In this document: positions 28,306-32,000 of the stretch, in pieces
Position numbering within the stretch: position 1 is the stretch's first letter
Layout of the letters: each line of letters starts with the position of its first letter
Source: Desulfobulbus propionicus
GTDB lineage: Bacteria; Desulfobacterota; Desulfobulbia; Desulfobulbales; Desulfobulbaceae
Assembly: GCA_002748755.1 (NCBI GenBank)
Contig: PDTD01000017.1
Coordinates: 4,747-36,746, forward strand
Length of the DNA: 32,000 nt
Reading direction: 5' to 3'
The notes under the pieces: model-generated
Told to the model about the DNA's origin: nothing
Database searches by the model: none
Seen by the model: the letters and a program-made list of their open reading frames with translations, nothing else
Made by a program: the position numbers and the translations under genes

Positions 28306-29910
28306 AAACAGTTAAATATAGCATCATATTGGACGTATTGTGTTTCTTTTTCTATACTTTCACTATCAAGTATCAAATGACGGACAGAGTCCAGCCAGTT
28401 TAACAATGAAGCTATCAGTAATCAGTACATTTCCATTTCATCTTTTACTTCTACTTATCAAAATCACTATTTCTCAGAATAGCAGATCCGGACAAAGTCA
28501 TCCCAGAGAATACCCTCACCCAGCATCCCCCAGCTGTTCTTTGGTTCCAGCTTTCCACCGAATCGCGTATGGAAACCGCCGAGGGCGCCAACGACAGCAC
28601 TTCAAGAGCATTATGTGCAAAGCTTTATAGGCGATCTCGTTATTTTTGCTTGCACACCCTACTGTATTCCAAAAAATTATCTCAGCATTATCAGCTAATT
28701 ATTTATTTTTTTTAGGGAAATCCAGTTATTCCATATAAAAGCATTGCATGTCAACAAAATAATGGGTAGTGGTACATTCCATTTAAAAGTTGCTGATCTT
28801 TCTAGATCTTTCAAACTTATCCAGGAAGTTTCAGTGTTAGAATACACCTCGCCCCCCTTGCCAAGACATCCTCTGACCTGCTTTGTGTTTGTTATTCCTC
28901 CTAACCAATGTCACCCAAACCACTGCAGGAGGGCAACTTCGGGCACAACTTTGCCTTCAAGTTGATATGGGAACCGAAAAATTTAAACAAGTTAAAAACT
29001 TCATCAGACAAATCTGTGGGTAAAAACAAGTACAGGCAAATATACAAGGTTATGATATAGCTTGATTTCTCTGAGTGTATCGCTTCTCAAACCATAGGAT
29101 TTTCTCATGGTCAGTGTTGCTTTCTTGTTCAACCCTTCCCCTATGCCTGCTGAAAACTCTTTGTTTGCATGAAAGGAGTTCAGGATCAGCGGCTTGTGGT
29201 GTCCCAGGCAAGGGCTCCCTTTTTAAGGTAAGGTGATTTGATGAGGAAACCCTCATGGCTCATGCCTGAGAAAAAATGGAGAAGTGCTTTATCAGGCGCT
29301 TACGGTAATACTGGCACATGGGGAGACATAACCGCCATGATCCAGTGCGACATGCTGCTTGATACCAGTTAAACGGAACTCGGTCCAAGGGAATACTGAA
29401 AGGCAGAGATCGAAAATGGAAGTATCCAACGAGTACAGTTTGTTCTTAAACTTGCACTTCTTTTGTCTTGGAGCAAGAGTGGCACAGCGCTGGTGGATCT
29501 TTTCAGATTGTTTTGGCATCAGCAAGTGTAGCTTTTTTCACTTGGTGTGTCCCTAAATGGTTGAGCATGCCCGCCTGTGTCTGCAGACCTTATCTTTTAT
29601 CGTAACCGTCCAGCAGTGACTTTACATTACGATTCCATGACCTTTATAACTCCGGGTATGCGTTTACAGGATAAACCAGATACTTGTTGGCGGTGCAATG
29701 TAATCATCGCTTCGAGCGTGTTGGGATGGCTCCATAATGCCGAACCGCACCGCCTTGCTCTTCGTCTGCAGCGAACAATGACAATAATGTTTTTATGGGT
29801 ATCCAATCTTTCATCTTTTATGGTATTCTTTTTCATGCCCTGCCTCCTTGGTTATGGCTCTTTATTGTATTCATCAATGTGTCTCTCAACCCCCACATTG
29901 GCAAGGATCA

Positions 29911-31179
29911 ATGAACAGGGAACAATCTGCCGGAGAACCGGCTTTTATCTGTCCAAGCTGCAGTCTGATTATGCAAGCAGCTGCGCCCAGCCCCCATCAT
30001 GGGCTCAAGTGCCCCCGTTGCGCAAAAAACATCTTTAAATACAGGCGCAACTCTCTGGAAAAGACGCTGGCGTATAGTTGTACAGGGCTACTTCTCTTTC
30101 TTCCTGCGGTCTCTCTCCCCCTTTTAACCCTGAGTGTCCTTGGACTTGAATCCAGCAGTTCACTGGCAGGAACAGTATCAACTCTTTTCCACGAGCACGA
30201 TTATCTGGTGGGTTCCGTTGTTCTCTATACGGCGATCTTCGCCCCCCTCTGCATCCTGGCAATACTCTTTCTCGTCTGCTTGGGTATCATCAGACAGTGG
30301 CCGCGCAAGCCCCTGGCAGCACTCTTTCGGCTTTATCACCACCTGTACCTGTATGAATGGGCCATGACCGATGTCTTTCTCATTGGCATTTTTATAACCA
30401 CCATCAAAATGAAGCACAGCAGTACCATCACCTTTGATATTGGTTTTTTTTGTTTTACAGGGCTTGTCCTCATGATCCTTGCCGCGCAATCGACAGCCTC
30501 CGCCCATGTGTTCTGGGAATTACTGGCCCCTTCTTCCAGCGCCCCCGCCAGTTATCGCGTCACGGACAATCAGCTCCCTGCCCCCCCCATACTCTGCTAC
30601 TGCTGTCACAAAGTCATACCGAGCGTCTCCTCACCACTCCCAAAAACCTGTACTCGCTGCGGGAGCGTCCTGTACCGAAGAAAAAAAAACAGTATCAGTC
30701 GAACCTGGGCTTTTTTGCTCACTGCTGTCATTTTCTCCTTTCCTGCCAACATGTTACCTATCATGGAAGTTGAGTCTTTCGGCATCCCGGCCCAATCAAC
30801 GATACTGGACGGCATTCTCTATTTTTTTCGTGAAGGATCATACGGTATAGGGCTTATCATTTTTACTGCGTCAATTCTGGTTCCTCTGTTTAAAATATCA
30901 GGTCTTTCCATACTGCTCCTCTCCATCCAACTGAACTGGAAGTCCTGGTTACGCCACAAAACCATAATGATGCGCTGTATCCAATTCATCGGTCGTTGGT
31001 CGATGCTGGATATCTTTGTCATTACCTTGCTGTCGGCCCTGGTTCGGTTTAACTATCTATCATCTATACAGGCCGCACCGGCCGCACTGTATTTCACAGG
31101 CGTTGTCATATGCACCATGCTGGCGGCTACAACCTTTGATATTCGACTGATCTGGGACAGCACAGAAAGGCTCTCCTGA
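29911..31179 (+). CDS. pqiA: Paraquat-inducible protein A-like membrane protein
   Basis: Two zinc-ribbon-like modules (CPSC...CPRC and CYCC...CTRC), each followed by a TM bundle; FSFPANMLPIMEVESFG motif. ATG at 29911 is preferred over the ORF-track 29848 because it has AAGGATCA upstream. Confidence 0.85.
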   Translation: MNREQSAGEPAFICPSCSLIMQAAAPSPHHGLKCPRCAKNIFKYRRNSLEKTLAYSCTGLLLFLPAVSLPLLTLSVLGLESSSSLAGTVSTLFHEHDYLVGSVVLYTAIFAPLCILAILFLVCLGIIRQWPRKPLAALFRLYHHLYLYEWAMTDVFLIGIFITTIKMKHSSTITFDIGFFCFTGLVLMILAAQSTASAHVFWELLAPSSSAPASYRVTDNQLPAPPILCYCCHKVIPSVSSPLPKTCTRCGSVLYRRKKNSISRTWAFLLTAVIFSFPANMLPIMEVESFGIPAQSTILDGILYFFREGSYGIGLIIFTASILVPLFKISGLSILLLSIQLNWKSWLRHKTIMMRCIQFIGRWSMLDIFVITLLSALVRFNYLSSIQAAPAALYFTGVVICTMLAATTFDIRLIWDSTERLS

Positions 31180-31190
31180 GCAGGTACCCC

Positions 31191-32000
31191 ATGGAACAAC
31201 CCATTCAAAAACAAAAACTTGTTTTGTCCCCCATCTGGATACTGCCCCTCTTAGCCCTGTGTTTGGGAGGCTGGCTTCTGTACACGGGGGTGCGTGAAGC
31301 AGGCATAGACATCACCGTCCATTTTCAGGATGCAAACGGTATCACCCCAGGGAAAACCAAGGTGATCTTCAAAGGCATCCCCATAGGTACCGTGCAGGAC
31401 GTTACTGTTGACCAGAATATGAGCGGCGTCAACATTCTCATTGAAATGAAAAACAGTGCCCGTTCCCTGTTGGTGGAGGACACCGCCTTCTGGCTGGTTA
31501 AACCGGAAGTCTCTGCAGGCCGCATAAGCGGGCTGGACACCCTGCTCAGCGGTACCTATATAGGTGCTCAAAAGGGCAAATCCGACCAATCGGCCTCTTT
31601 TTTCAAAGGGCTGCCAGAAAAGCCTCCCCTTGACCCTGCAATTCCAGGGCTCAGATTCACCTTGATAGCGGATGATCTCTATTCACTGCAACGAGAATCC
31701 AAAATTTATACCAAGAACCTCCAGATAGGGCACATTGAACATTACTTTTTACGAGAAGACGGGAAGATTGCTTTCAACGCATATATCAAACCACAGTTCA
31801 GCCATCTGATCAAAAATGAAACCAGGTTCTGGAACTCCAGCGGCCTCTCCCTGACCGGTAACCTGCAGCAGGGCGTGTCCGTCGATATCGAATCCATCGC
31901 CTCCCTTGTTTACGGTGGTATCAGCTGCCATACCCCTGAAGATATGGAGCAGCAGACAACCCCTGCTGAGTCTGGTGCCATTTTCGCCTTGCACAAAGAT
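31191..32000 (+). CDS. pqiB: PqiB-like MlaD-domain protein, 5' part (runs off the window; absent from the ORF track)
   Basis: Hand translation from ATG 31191: MEQPIQKQKLVLSPIWILPLLALCLGGWLLYTGVREAGIDITVHFQDANGITPGKTKVIFKGIPIGTVQDVTVD...; open to the window end; starts 11 nt after the pqiA stop. Confidence 0.88.
   Translation, partial: MEQPIQKQKLVLSPIWILPLLALCLGGWLLYTGVREAGIDITVHFQDANGITPGKTKVIFKGIPIGTVQDVTVDQNMSGVNILIEMKNSARSLLVEDTAFWLVKPEVSAGRISGLDTLLSGTYIGAQKGKSDQSASFFKGLPEKPPLDPAIPGLRFTLIADDLYSLQRESKIYTKNLQIGHIEHYFLREDGKIAFNAYIKPQFSHLIKNETRFWNSSGLSLTGNLQQGVSVDIESIASLVYGGISCHTPEDMEQQTTPAESGAIFALHKD

Noticed and set aside
1-32000. tRNA, rRNA, intact IS transposase, phage, toxin-antitoxin or defence genes
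   Set aside because: None recognisable in the six-frame ORFs or by scanning the sequence.

Overview
The 32 kb window looks like a chromosomal segment from a Desulfobulbales-like Desulfobacterota bacterium (taxonomy is inference). From left to right it contains: (1) the start of an atp operon on the minus strand (atpA partial, atpH, atpF, atpF'). (2) A co-oriented minus-strand lipid/hydrocarbon cluster at 1975-14194. In transcription order this is FabF-like KS, ACP, two phytoene-desaturase-like FAD oxidoreductases, FabG-like, FabZ-like, FabI-like, a DUF1232 protein, then OleA, OleB, OleC and OleD. (3) alaS and an acetyl-CoA synthetase gene. (4) A large RND/MMPL-like exporter, a small YgaP-like membrane protein, trxB, an MlaC-like protein, an MFS transporter, pqiA, and a partial pqiB-like gene that runs off the window. 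The most notable non-coding signal is a dispersed family of about 140-255 bp MITE-like elements with terminal inverted repeats near TAGCCCGGATTTCTCATCA and apparent TA ends. I find eight copies with both ends, some very diverged, plus fragments. In three unrelated genes (FAD oxidoreductase, acs, mlaC-like) the TAG stop codon is exactly the terminal TAG of a copy. One copy has an inverted core of about 94 bp between short inverted repeats. I saw no CRISPR array, tRNA, rRNA or intact transposase.
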